Below are positions 7,551 through 16,103 of a stretch of 28,438 nt of DNA, in pieces (position 1 is the stretch's first letter; every line of letters begins with the position of its first letter). Made by a program: the position numbers and the translations under genes. The notes below the pieces were generated by a model, which ran no database searches, was not told where the DNA came from, and worked only from the letters and a program-made list of their open reading frames with translations. Location of the stretch: the NCBI GenBank assembly GCA_037446635.1, contig JBBIIG010000053.1, positions 1-28,438 on the forward strand, in the 5' to 3' direction. The DNA comes from a bacterium (GTDB taxonomy: Bacteria > Zhuqueibacterota > Zhuqueibacteria > Oceanimicrobiales > Oceanimicrobiaceae).

Positions 7551-9929
7551 ATGTGGCCGATGCGATTTAAAGGATTGTTTCGCGCGACGTTTTGTTTGTT
7601 GATCATTTTGCCGCTTTCTCTGTGCGCTCAAAACGCTAATCCCGAGGCGGAGGCGCACTATCAAAATGGCGTTCAGGCGAAAACGTTGGACGAGAAAATC
7701 AAACACTTTGAAAAAGCGGTGGAGCTGCAGCCGGATTTTCTCGACGCCGTTTACCAATTAGGGGTGACGTTTTTTCGAAAGTCGCAATACGAAACGGCCA
7801 TCCACCATCTCGCCCGCGCCGCGGCGCTGAACCACGGCGACTACAAAGAGAGCCGGCTCTATCTCCGCAACGCCTATCGCTTTCATGCGATGGCTTTGAC
7901 TGAACGGGGGGATCCGCAGTCCGCATTGGCCTACGCCTTCGAAGCCACGAAACAGGATGAAAGCTTTGCGCCGGCCCACGCCACGCTGGGGCTGGTGCAG
8001 TACGAGCTAAAAAATTGGGATAAAGCCCGCCGCGCCTTCGAGCAATCCCTGCGCTTGAAGTCGAATCAGGACACGTTGTGGGCGAAATTGGGCGACGTCT
8101 ATTTTCGCAGCGAAAACTATCCGCAAGCGGTGATGGCCTATGAGCGCGCCTTGAGTCTCGACCCCACTTTCAAAGAAGCGCAGGCGCATTTGAAAATCGC
8201 CATGGCGCGCGCCACGCCGGGCGCCTGGCTAGCGGCTTACGAGCAGATGAAACAAGAGGGGCGCTCCGAAGAAGCCCGCGCGCTGCTTGTTCGCGCCAAC
8301 ACCATCTTTGTGAACGATGCAGACTTGACCCGAAAAATGGAGGAGACGAAGTGGGAGGCGGACTACCTGGCGGCGGACGCCGCTATCGCCATCGGCAGCC
8401 CGGCCGAGGCTTTAGAAATTTTGCAAAAAATCGACCCCGGCTATAAAGACGTGGCGCTGAAGATTGCCGAGCTGCAGGCCACGATTGCTGCCCAGCGCGA
8501 CTCCCTGACCGAAACCATTCCTTCATCTCAAAAAGAAAAGCCCAAATCGCACACGGCGCAAACCGCTTCACCGCAAAAAAGTGTTGCGGCGCGGCGCGAA
8601 CCTCCCGCGCCCGAGAAAACATCCGTTCCCGAAAAAACCACCACCGATTCCCTCGCCGCCAGCGAAACATTCGTTGTCAGCAATCCAGCCGAACTGGTTG
8701 CGGATGTGGATTCGACAATTGCAACCTCCAACGGCGTTCCACCGACTCAAGTTCAACCGGAGGGTTTCTCGACCATTCACTGGATCGCCGCCGGCGTCAG
8801 CGGCCTGCTGTTGTTGGGCTTGGGTTTCATAAAGTTTGGAAAACCAGTTTGGGCCGCCGCTGCAGCACGCTGGCGCGATTGGCGACGGCCGCCAGCCAGC
8901 CGCGGCCGCGAGCCCTCCGATAATACTATTGAATTTTTTAGAGATCGCGTCGCCTCGATTACTCCCATAAAATTCGAGCCCATCGATCCCCAAGCGACGA
9001 CGAAGCGCAAGCGCGATAAAACGGCGCTCATAAAAAAAGAGGCGCCGACGTTGGAAGCCACGCAAACCATTTTGGGAGGCATCAAAAAAGTCAAACGCAT
9101 CGGCCGCTACATTGTGGAAAAAGAGATCGGCCGCGGCACCATGGGGTTGATTTACAAGGCCTGGGATCCAAAATTAGATCGCACCGTCGTGATCAAACAG
9201 GTGGTGTTCGACGCCCTCAACAGCGTCCACGAAGCGGCGACCCTGAAGGACCGCTTGTTCCGCGAGGCGCGCGCCGCCGGCCGGCTCAATCACCCCAACA
9301 TCGTCATCATTTACGACGTGGATGAAGACAAAAATTTTTCCTACATCGTCATGGAATATTTGCAGGGCAAAGATTTGAAGCTGCTTTTGGAAAAGGAAAT
9401 CCGCTTCGATCTGGCGCGCACCATCAACATCGTCAGCCAGATTTGCAGCGCGCTGGATTATGCCCATCAAATGGGGATCATCCATCGCGACATCAAGCCC
9501 TCCAACATCATCCTCACCCAAAACAATCACGTTAAAGTCGCCGATTTCGGCATCGCCAAGCTGCCGCATTTCGGCACGCTCACCCAAACCGGCAGCATCG
9601 TCGGCACGCCCTACTACATGTCGCCCGAACAAATTGAAGGCCGCAAATTAGACGGCCGCTCCGACCTGTTTTCCACGGGCGTCATTCTTTACGAGCTGCT
9701 GACCGGCGTTCATCCCTTCCCGGGGGATACCATCCCCAGCGTGGTTTATAAAATCGTGCACCAGCAGCCCAAGCCGCCCTCCACGGTTCGCGAAGACTTA
9801 CCGAAGATGTTGGATAACATCGTGAGCCGCGCGCTGGCCAAAGACCCCGAGCAGCGCTACGCCACCGCACTGGATTTAATTATCGATTTAGAGAGCATTC
9901 AGGGGGAATTGCTGAAACATGAAGTGTGA
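7551..9929 (+). CDS. Membrane Hanks-type Ser/Thr kinase with signal peptide, TPR repeats, one TM helix and a C-terminal kinase domain
   Basis: Signal-like FCLLIILPLSLCA-Q; TPRs (FEKAVELQPDFLDAVYQLG, YERALSLDPTF); P/S/T-rich linker; TM IHWIAAGVSGLLLLGLGFI; kinase motifs IGRGTMG, VVIK, HRDIKPSN, DFG, GTPYYMSPE. Confidence 0.93.
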   Translation: MWPMRFKGLFRATFCLLIILPLSLCAQNANPEAEAHYQNGVQAKTLDEKIKHFEKAVELQPDFLDAVYQLGVTFFRKSQYETAIHHLARAAALNHGDYKESRLYLRNAYRFHAMALTERGDPQSALAYAFEATKQDESFAPAHATLGLVQYELKNWDKARRAFEQSLRLKSNQDTLWAKLGDVYFRSENYPQAVMAYERALSLDPTFKEAQAHLKIAMARATPGAWLAAYEQMKQEGRSEEARALLVRANTIFVNDADLTRKMEETKWEADYLAADAAIAIGSPAEALEILQKIDPGYKDVALKIAELQATIAAQRDSLTETIPSSQKEKPKSHTAQTASPQKSVAARREPPAPEKTSVPEKTTTDSLAASETFVVSNPAELVADVDSTIATSNGVPPTQVQPEGFSTIHWIAAGVSGLLLLGLGFIKFGKPVWAAAAARWRDWRRPPASRGREPSDNTIEFFRDRVASITPIKFEPIDPQATTKRKRDKTALIKKEAPTLEATQTILGGIKKVKRIGRYIVEKEIGRGTMGLIYKAWDPKLDRTVVIKQVVFDALNSVHEAATLKDRLFREARAAGRLNHPNIVIIYDVDEDKNFSYIVMEYLQGKDLKLLLEKEIRFDLARTINIVSQICSALDYAHQMGIIHRDIKPSNIILTQNNHVKVADFGIAKLPHFGTLTQTGSIVGTPYYMSPEQIEGRKLDGRSDLFSTGVILYELLTGVHPFPGDTIPSVVYKIVHQQPKPPSTVREDLPKMLDNIVSRALAKDPEQRYATALDLIIDLESIQGELLKHEV

Positions 9930-11595
9930 ACGCTGCCGCTTTTTGAACCCTCCCGGAAACCTCGTTTGCGAAAAGTGCCAGGAAAAATTGTACCTGGCCA
10001 AGCTGCGCGTCACGTACGACAACGGCCAGGATCAGACCTTTTTTCTGCTGCCGCAAAAATACACCATCGGCCGCGGCGAGGACAACCACATCGCGCTGAC
10101 AGACGCCTCGGTTTCGCGGCGGCACGCCGAAATCGATTTTCAGGATGGCGCCTTCTTCATTTGCGACAAAAACAGCAAAAACGGTTCGCTGCTCAACAAC
10201 GAGCATTTTCAGGTGCGGCGGCTGCACGATCTTGATTGCATTCAACTGGGAAACGTAGTGCTGCATTTTTACGATGAAAAAAATCCTGCCCGGCTTCCGC
10301 AAAAAGGCGAGGCCACCGAAGAATGGGTGCTGCGCGAGTTTTTGAAGTTTTCTGCGAACCGGCACACCAAAGTCACCACCAACGACGTACTGCTCACCAT
10401 GCTCGATCTCGCCCTCTCGCTGGTGCACGCTGATCAGGCTTTGATTTTACAATTCGATTCCTCCAACACGCTGCGCTTCAAGATCGGCAAAAAGCAGCAG
10501 GGGAAAACTCTGTTTGAAAACCGGCTCAGCGAATTCGATTGGAACGTTATCAACGAGTCCATCCGCAAACGGCAGCCGAATATTGTTTACAAAGATTACG
10601 GCGCCGCCGGGATCGCCGGCCCAAGCTGGTCGAAAATGGCCATTCCGCTCATTTCGACCAAAGACGAAAAGCAGCAGAAGGACGAGTTGGGAGTGAACGG
10701 CGTGTTGGGCGTTTTCTATTTGACCCAAAACCGCAGAAATAAAAACCTGCCGCCCAGCAAAATGGACGTGCTCGGCAGTATCGTCCAACAGGTGATTTTT
10801 GCCGTGGAAAACGATCTGCTTTATGACCAAACGCTGGCGAAACGCCGCATCGAAGAAGAGCTGACGTTAGCGCGAGAAATTCAGCAGCGCCTGCTGCCGA
10901 TTATGAATCCCGACAACGAGCAATTTGAGATCGCCCATTACATCCACCCGTGCGACGCCGTGAGCGGCGACTACTTCGATTTTATCCCCATCGGCGAGCC
11001 GCCGCAACGGTTCGGGATCGCCATCGGCGACATTTGCGGCAAAGGCATTCCGGCGGCGCTGCTCTCTTCCACGGTGCTGGCCGCCATCCGCAGCCAGTTG
11101 GAATACACCACCTCGCCGGAGCCCATCATCCGCAACCTCAACCGGCTGCTCATCCGCAGCACCGCGGAGTCTATTTTCTTGACGTTATTTTTTGGAATAT
11201 TGGATGTCGCTTCCGGAGTATTGAAATACATCAACGCCGGCCACCCGCCGCCGATTCTTATCACTCAAGACGGCGTCATCAAAGAACTCAGCGGCACCAC
11301 GCCGGCGCTGGGCATCATCGAAGGAAAATTGGAGAACGAGCACAGCGTCGAATATCACAGCGGCGACGTGCTGCTGCTTTACACCGACGGCGTTATCGAA
11401 TGCCAGAATTCACAAAAGAAGATTTATGGCCGCAAGCGTTTGCAGCAGTTGCTGCACGCCATGTTTGTGGGAAAAAAATTGAAGCGCATAAAATTGGAAA
11501 CCGTGATCAATCGCATCGTGACGGACGTCAAAAAGTTTATTGGCGCGGCCAAACAAACGGACGACTTGACGCTGCTGGCCATTCGCAGGCGGTGA
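9919..11595 (+). CDS. Zn-ribbon + FHA + GAF-like + SpoIIE/PP2C phosphatase
   Basis: CERC...CEKC; FHA TIGR...VSRRHA...SKNG; PP2C SGDYFD, IGDICGKG, NAGHPPP, YTDGV, DDLT. Overlaps the kinase gene by 11 bp. Confidence 0.92.
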   Translation: MKCERCRFLNPPGNLVCEKCQEKLYLAKLRVTYDNGQDQTFFLLPQKYTIGRGEDNHIALTDASVSRRHAEIDFQDGAFFICDKNSKNGSLLNNEHFQVRRLHDLDCIQLGNVVLHFYDEKNPARLPQKGEATEEWVLREFLKFSANRHTKVTTNDVLLTMLDLALSLVHADQALILQFDSSNTLRFKIGKKQQGKTLFENRLSEFDWNVINESIRKRQPNIVYKDYGAAGIAGPSWSKMAIPLISTKDEKQQKDELGVNGVLGVFYLTQNRRNKNLPPSKMDVLGSIVQQVIFAVENDLLYDQTLAKRRIEEELTLAREIQQRLLPIMNPDNEQFEIAHYIHPCDAVSGDYFDFIPIGEPPQRFGIAIGDICGKGIPAALLSSTVLAAIRSQLEYTTSPEPIIRNLNRLLIRSTAESIFLTLFFGILDVASGVLKYINAGHPPPILITQDGVIKELSGTTPALGIIEGKLENEHSVEYHSGDVLLLYTDGVIECQNSQKKIYGRKRLQQLLHAMFVGKKLKRIKLETVINRIVTDVKKFIGAAKQTDDLTLLAIRRR

Positions 11596-11625
11596 ATCAA
11601 CGAAAGAAAAGCATTGAGAACCAAA

Positions 11626-11717
11626 TTAATCGCAAAGAACGCAAAGCCGGCGCAAAGACCGCTAATAAAAAAGCAAAATCTTTTCCTTTGCGTTTCTTAG
11701 CCAACTTTGCGGTTGCA
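11626..11717. repeat. CGCAAAG-family palindromic repeat
   Basis: Tandem CGCAAAG units facing CTTTGCG units; both ends are shared with 22808-22868. Confidence 0.7.
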
Positions 11718-11758
11718 AGAGTCGTGTCTCTGCAATTTGACAGCATGAGGGCAGCATT

Positions 11759-13756
11759 TTGAAAAAGTTTGCCGGTAAAATTATTCCGTTTGGGCTTTTT
11801 GTTTGCGCCGCATTTTTATTTGCGGAAGAACCGCCGCAAAAGTATTGGGTATTTTTCAAAGACAAACCGGCGGCTCATCTGAACAAAACCGCTTGGCAGA
11901 ACATCGCCAAAGAAGCCATTTCCGAGCGGGCGCTGAAGCGGCGCGCCAAAGTCCGAGCCCGCGCCAATTTGATCGATAAGCACGATTTGCCGGTGGGCGA
12001 ATCCTATTTACTCGCGTTAAAGAATCTGGGTTATGAACCGCTGGTGATTTCCAACTGGTTGAATGCCGCCAGTTTTCGATTGCGGGACGACCAGGTGCGG
12101 GAGGTCGCGAAGCTGCCGTTTGTGGCAGAAGTCAAAAAAGTTGCCGGGGCCTTCTATCGGCCGCAGCCGGTGGAGGCGCCGGCCCCACGGCTCAGTCAAA
12201 AACCGGGCGCGCACACCCTCGACTATGGCCTCTCGTTTACCCAAAACAATTTGATTAACATACCGGCGGTGCACGATCTCGGCATCACCGGCAAGGGCGT
12301 TTGGATCGGTCTGCTGGATAGCGGCTTTAAGCACCGCGGTCACGAAGTGTTCGAGCATCTCGACTTGATCGCCGAACGCGACTTCATCAACAACGACGAT
12401 GTCACTGAAAACGAGGAGGGGCAGGACACCCCCAGCCAGCACAACCACGGCACGCAGACGCTGTCCACGGTCGCTGGATTTAAAGAAGGGCAATTGATCG
12501 GCGCCGCCTTTGGCGCGAGCTTTTTGCTGGCGAAAACCGAGATCATCCCGGTGGAAATTCCGCAGGAAGAAGACAACTGGGTGGCTGGCATCGAGTGGCT
12601 GGAAAGCCAGGGCGTCGATGTGGTTTCCAGTTCTTTGGGTTATATTGATTTTTACACCCCCGAACAAATGGACGGCAACACCGCGGTCACCACCCGCGCG
12701 GCGGACCTGGCCGTGAGCCGCGGCGTGGTGGTGGTGAACAGCGCCGGCAACGAACGCAGTAACCCCAATTGGCGCATTATCATTGCGCCGGCCGACGGCG
12801 ACAGCGTCATCGCCGTGGGCGCGGTGAACTCTTCGGGCAGCTTGGCCGCATTCAGCTCCGGCGGCCCAACTGCCGATGGCCGCATCAAACCGGATGTAGT
12901 CGCGATGGGGGTGAGCGTGTTCACCGCTCTCCCTTTGACGGAAGGATTTCCTTCCTCCTACGCCTTCGCAAACGGCACCTCATTTTCCTGTCCGCTCACC
13001 GCCGGCGTGGCGGCGTTGATTCTTTCCACGCATCCTCATCTCACACCAATGGAAGTCCGGGATGCGCTTAGGCAAGCCGCGGACCGCGCCAACAATCCGG
13101 ACAACGATTTCGGCTGGGGGCTGGTTGATGCCTATCAGGCGGTGCTGTTTCACGGCCCGGCGTTTAGCAACTCACCCGCGACCACGGTTGACTTTAGTCA
13201 GAATTTGCATGTCAGCATCAAAGTCGCGTCCAAATTTGGCGTGCCGCCGGCTGGGGTTACGCTCATTTACTCCCTCACCGGCGACGGTTTCGAGCAATCA
13301 CTTATCATGTCGCCGGGAGCGGAGGCCCATCAATTCACCGCCACCATTCCTGCGCCCGCGGGCGCCGACACTGTTCAATTTTATTTCACCGTCGTGGACT
13401 CCGCCGGCCAGACGACGCGGCAACCGGTTAGCGAGTCGTTCACATTTGCCGGCAGCGGCGTCGCGATTAATCCGGGCGATTTTCATCTCTTCCAGAATTA
13501 TCCGAATCCATTCAACCCAACGACCACCATCTTTTATGATTTGCCCACGGCGAGCGAGGTGACGCTCGCCATTTTCAATATACTTGGTCAACGGGTGCGG
13601 ACGCTGGTGAACCAACAAACACAGCGCGCCGGACGCAACCACGCCGTCTGGGATGGTAAAAATGATGACGGCGAGTTGGTTTCAACCGGCCTCTATTTTT
13701 ACACGTTGCGCAGCGGGAACTTTGCGCAAACAAGAAAAATGATCTTAATCCACTAA
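11759..13756 (+). CDS. Secreted S8 (subtilisin-like) serine peptidase with FlgD-Ig/T9SS-type C-terminal domain
   Basis: Signal peptide; triad LLDSG, HGT, GTSFS; oxyanion SAGN; C-terminal QNYPNPFNP...IFNILGQRVRTL...WDG...GLYFY...RKMILIH. TTG start. Confidence 0.93.
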   Translation: MKKFAGKIIPFGLFVCAAFLFAEEPPQKYWVFFKDKPAAHLNKTAWQNIAKEAISERALKRRAKVRARANLIDKHDLPVGESYLLALKNLGYEPLVISNWLNAASFRLRDDQVREVAKLPFVAEVKKVAGAFYRPQPVEAPAPRLSQKPGAHTLDYGLSFTQNNLINIPAVHDLGITGKGVWIGLLDSGFKHRGHEVFEHLDLIAERDFINNDDVTENEEGQDTPSQHNHGTQTLSTVAGFKEGQLIGAAFGASFLLAKTEIIPVEIPQEEDNWVAGIEWLESQGVDVVSSSLGYIDFYTPEQMDGNTAVTTRAADLAVSRGVVVVNSAGNERSNPNWRIIIAPADGDSVIAVGAVNSSGSLAAFSSGGPTADGRIKPDVVAMGVSVFTALPLTEGFPSSYAFANGTSFSCPLTAGVAALILSTHPHLTPMEVRDALRQAADRANNPDNDFGWGLVDAYQAVLFHGPAFSNSPATTVDFSQNLHVSIKVASKFGVPPAGVTLIYSLTGDGFEQSLIMSPGAEAHQFTATIPAPAGADTVQFYFTVVDSAGQTTRQPVSESFTFAGSGVAINPGDFHLFQNYPNPFNPTTTIFYDLPTASEVTLAIFNILGQRVRTLVNQQTQRAGRNHAVWDGKNDDGELVSTGLYFYTLRSGNFAQTRKMILIH

Positions 13757-13782
13757 TGTAGTTCGATAAAATATGAGAGAAT

Positions 13783-14712
13783 ATGAGACGAAAGGTTAAA
13801 ATTGCGCTGGCTTTGGGCGGAGGCGGGGCGCGCGGCTGCGCCCACATCGGCGTGCTCAAAGTTTTGGAACGCGCCAACATCCCCATCGATCTGATCACCG
13901 GTTCCAGCATTGGCGCGGTGGTGGGCTCGCTCTATGCCACCACCGGCAGCGCGCTCAAAGTCGAAGAACGGTTTCACCAATTTCTGCGCAGCGAGGAATA
14001 CAAAAAGAGCGGGCTGGAGCTGTTCAAGCGCAAGGAGCCGGCGGAAAACTTTTTTGGCCAAGTAGCGAAATTGGTGAAAGAGCGCGTGGTGGTGAATTTG
14101 GCGCAGAGCAAGCCGTCGCTGGTGAGCGGCAAACGCTTGCAGGCGGCGATGGATTTTCTCATCCCCGATGGCCGCATCGAAGAAACCAAGATTCCATTTT
14201 ATCCGGTGGCTTCCAATTTACTCAACGGGCAGCGCGTGGTTTTCACGCAGGGCGACCTGCGCTCCATCGTCAGCGCCAGCGCCTCCATTCCCGGATTTTT
14301 GCCTCCGTACGAGGTCAATGGCCATCTGCTGGTGGACGGCTCCGTGGTGTGTCCGATTCCGGTCGAGCCGGCCCGCGAATTGGGCGCGGATGTGGTGATT
14401 GCGGTGGACGTGGGCCAGCAGCTGAACGAACACGCCGACCTCAACAACGTCATCAACATCATCTTTCAGGCCAACCACATGACCGCCCGCCACTTCAATT
14501 TGCATCTTTTGAAAATGGCCGACGTGGTGATTCGGCCAAACGTCGGGCAAGTGCACTGGTCGGAATTCAAGCTGCTGCGCTACATGATCGAAGAAGGGGA
14601 ACGGGTGGCGGAAGAGGCGCTGCCGCAGATTCAGCGGCTGATCAAAAAGAAATCCGCCAAATCATGGGTGTGGAAGAAATTTTTTCAGATGCCGCTGCCC
14701 GTCGCGAGTTAG
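13783..14712 (+). CDS. Patatin-like phospholipase (RssA/NTE type)
   Basis: ALGGGGARGCAHIG, GSSIG nucleophile, ASASIPG, LVDGS. Confidence 0.92.
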   Translation: MRRKVKIALALGGGGARGCAHIGVLKVLERANIPIDLITGSSIGAVVGSLYATTGSALKVEERFHQFLRSEEYKKSGLELFKRKEPAENFFGQVAKLVKERVVVNLAQSKPSLVSGKRLQAAMDFLIPDGRIEETKIPFYPVASNLLNGQRVVFTQGDLRSIVSASASIPGFLPPYEVNGHLLVDGSVVCPIPVEPARELGADVVIAVDVGQQLNEHADLNNVINIIFQANHMTARHFNLHLLKMADVVIRPNVGQVHWSEFKLLRYMIEEGERVAEEALPQIQRLIKKKSAKSWVWKKFFQMPLPVAS

Positions 14713-14739
14713 GGTAAGTAAACCAATTGGGTCTGCTTT

Positions 14740-14883
14740 ATGCAGGTAAAAGAGTTAGAAGAAAAAATCGATGAGGCCAGAAAAGCAATTCTAAAATCGG
14801 TGGCCGTCATGCTTTTTGTGGAAACAGTGGTTCTACTTGGCGCGGTTTACGCAATCTTCTGGTTTCTGATTAAGAAGCCTTAG
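14740..14883 (+). CDS. Small coiled-coil + TM protein, 47 aa, resembling a DUF1640 C-terminus; possibly a remnant
   Basis: Hand translation MQVKELEEKIDEARKAILKSVAVMLFVETVVLLGAVYAIFWFLIKKP*; no clear RBS. Confidence 0.45.
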   Translation: MQVKELEEKIDEARKAILKSVAVMLFVETVVLLGAVYAIFWFLIKKP

Positions 14884-14919
14884 TACTCCATTTCAGAGCG
14901 GTTCACCTCCCCAAAAGCA

Positions 14920-15025
14920 GACCCCATCCTAACCTTCCCCTATAAAATCAGGGGAAAGGACTTTTCTCTCTCCTTTAGGAGAGGGTTTCCGCCAAAGCGG
15001 ATCCGCTTCGCGGAAGGGCGAGGTC
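14920..15025. repeat. Multi-hairpin REP-like element between convergent genes; possible bidirectional terminator
   Basis: Outer arms GACCCCATCC / GGGCGAGGTC; inner stems CCTTCCCCT/AGGGGAAAGG and CTCTCCT/AGGAGAG; double hairpin TCCGC-CAAA-GCGGA-TCCGC-TTC-GCGGA. Confidence 0.65.
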
Positions 15026-15061
15026 TTCAGTCATCACAACAAGATTTTTGTAAAGATGTAC

Positions 15062-16057
15062 TTAATATACTCGACCCCGCGGCCGCTGCTTGGCCGTTCC
15101 CCACGACAGGTCGAGGCCGAACCGCACTTGATTCTCGATGTTCCCCACGCGATAGGCCGCGCTGATCCCCACCTCATAGTTTTCCGTTATGCTGCGCAAA
15201 AACGACATGCCGAAACTCCAGCGGCGATTCAAATCCGAGGTCCCCAAATTGTTCGAAAAGCCGGCGCGCAGCACAATCAAATTGAAAAATTCCTTTTCTA
15301 CGCCGATGTGCGCGCGGTTATCCACGTCGTCGTGCAGCGACTTGCGCAGGTCGAAGGCCACGGTGAGGCCGTCGAGATTGTAGGCGCCGCCGAAGCGCAG
15401 GGTGGTTGGCACGCCCTCGGAATATTCACCGCTGATGGAAGAATTCCAGTGAAAAGTATTGACGACGTCGCGCAGCACCACACCCAAACTTAAATTTTCA
15501 TCCACGAAAATGATGTAGCCGAGATCGATTCCAAAGCCGCTGCCGGAGCCGGTGACGCGCAAGTCGCCGCCATCGCGGTTGTTGCCGAAGGACGCCCAGC
15601 GGCCCTTCACGGTGATTCCAAACGACATTTGATCGAAATAGATTTCGCCGCCGCCGATGGGGAGATTGGGCGGCGTATAAGCGAACGAAACCCCGAAGGT
15701 GTACTCGCTGAGGGCATCGTCGCCGAGGTAGAGAAAGCCGGCGCCCAGCGAATAATTTTTCGCCAGAGGATAAAGCAAACCGAGATAGCTGGATGGCACC
15801 AGTCCGAAGAGGTCAGCGTAATTGGCGGTGAAATGGGGGCGTGCGCCCAAAAGCAGTCCGGCCGGGTTGGTGAGGAAGGCGTTGGCGTCGTTGGAGAGGG
15901 CGGCGTAGGCCTCGCCCATGGCGGAGGGCCGCACCCCGAAGCCGACTTCGGCAAAAGCGCCGGGGAGATTGGAGAGCTCCTGAGCCATCACGGTTGGCGC
16001 GAAAAATAAAATGGCGAGTAAAATCAGCAGGGTTCGTTTGGTTTTTGTTCGATACAT
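15062..16057 (-). CDS. PorV/PorQ-like (FadL superfamily) outer-membrane beta-barrel protein
   Basis: Signal peptide ending VMA-Q; hatch motif GFGVRPSAMGEAYAALSNDANAFLTNPAGL; amphipathic strands GFGIDLG, LSLGVVLRDV, PTTLRFGGAY, HIGVE, LRAGF. Confidence 0.85.
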   Translation of the reverse strand: MYRTKTKRTLLILLAILFFAPTVMAQELSNLPGAFAEVGFGVRPSAMGEAYAALSNDANAFLTNPAGLLLGARPHFTANYADLFGLVPSSYLGLLYPLAKNYSLGAGFLYLGDDALSEYTFGVSFAYTPPNLPIGGGEIYFDQMSFGITVKGRWASFGNNRDGGDLRVTGSGSGFGIDLGYIIFVDENLSLGVVLRDVVNTFHWNSSISGEYSEGVPTTLRFGGAYNLDGLTVAFDLRKSLHDDVDNRAHIGVEKEFFNLIVLRAGFSNNLGTSDLNRRWSFGMSFLRSITENYEVGISAAYRVGNIENQVRFGLDLSWGTAKQRPRGRVY

Positions 16058-16103
16058 TGGGTTTATCCGCTATTTGCGTTTCTAATAAGAAGCAAGCGTT
16101 CTC

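Noticed and set aside
10950..11762. 270-aa Arg-rich alternative-frame ORF
   Set aside because: Off-frame overlap with the PP2C domain; composition is typical of a spurious frame.
14332..14343. Patatin DGS in place of DGG as a sign of inactivation
   Set aside because: The catalytic Asp and GxSxG are intact, and DGx variation is common in the family.
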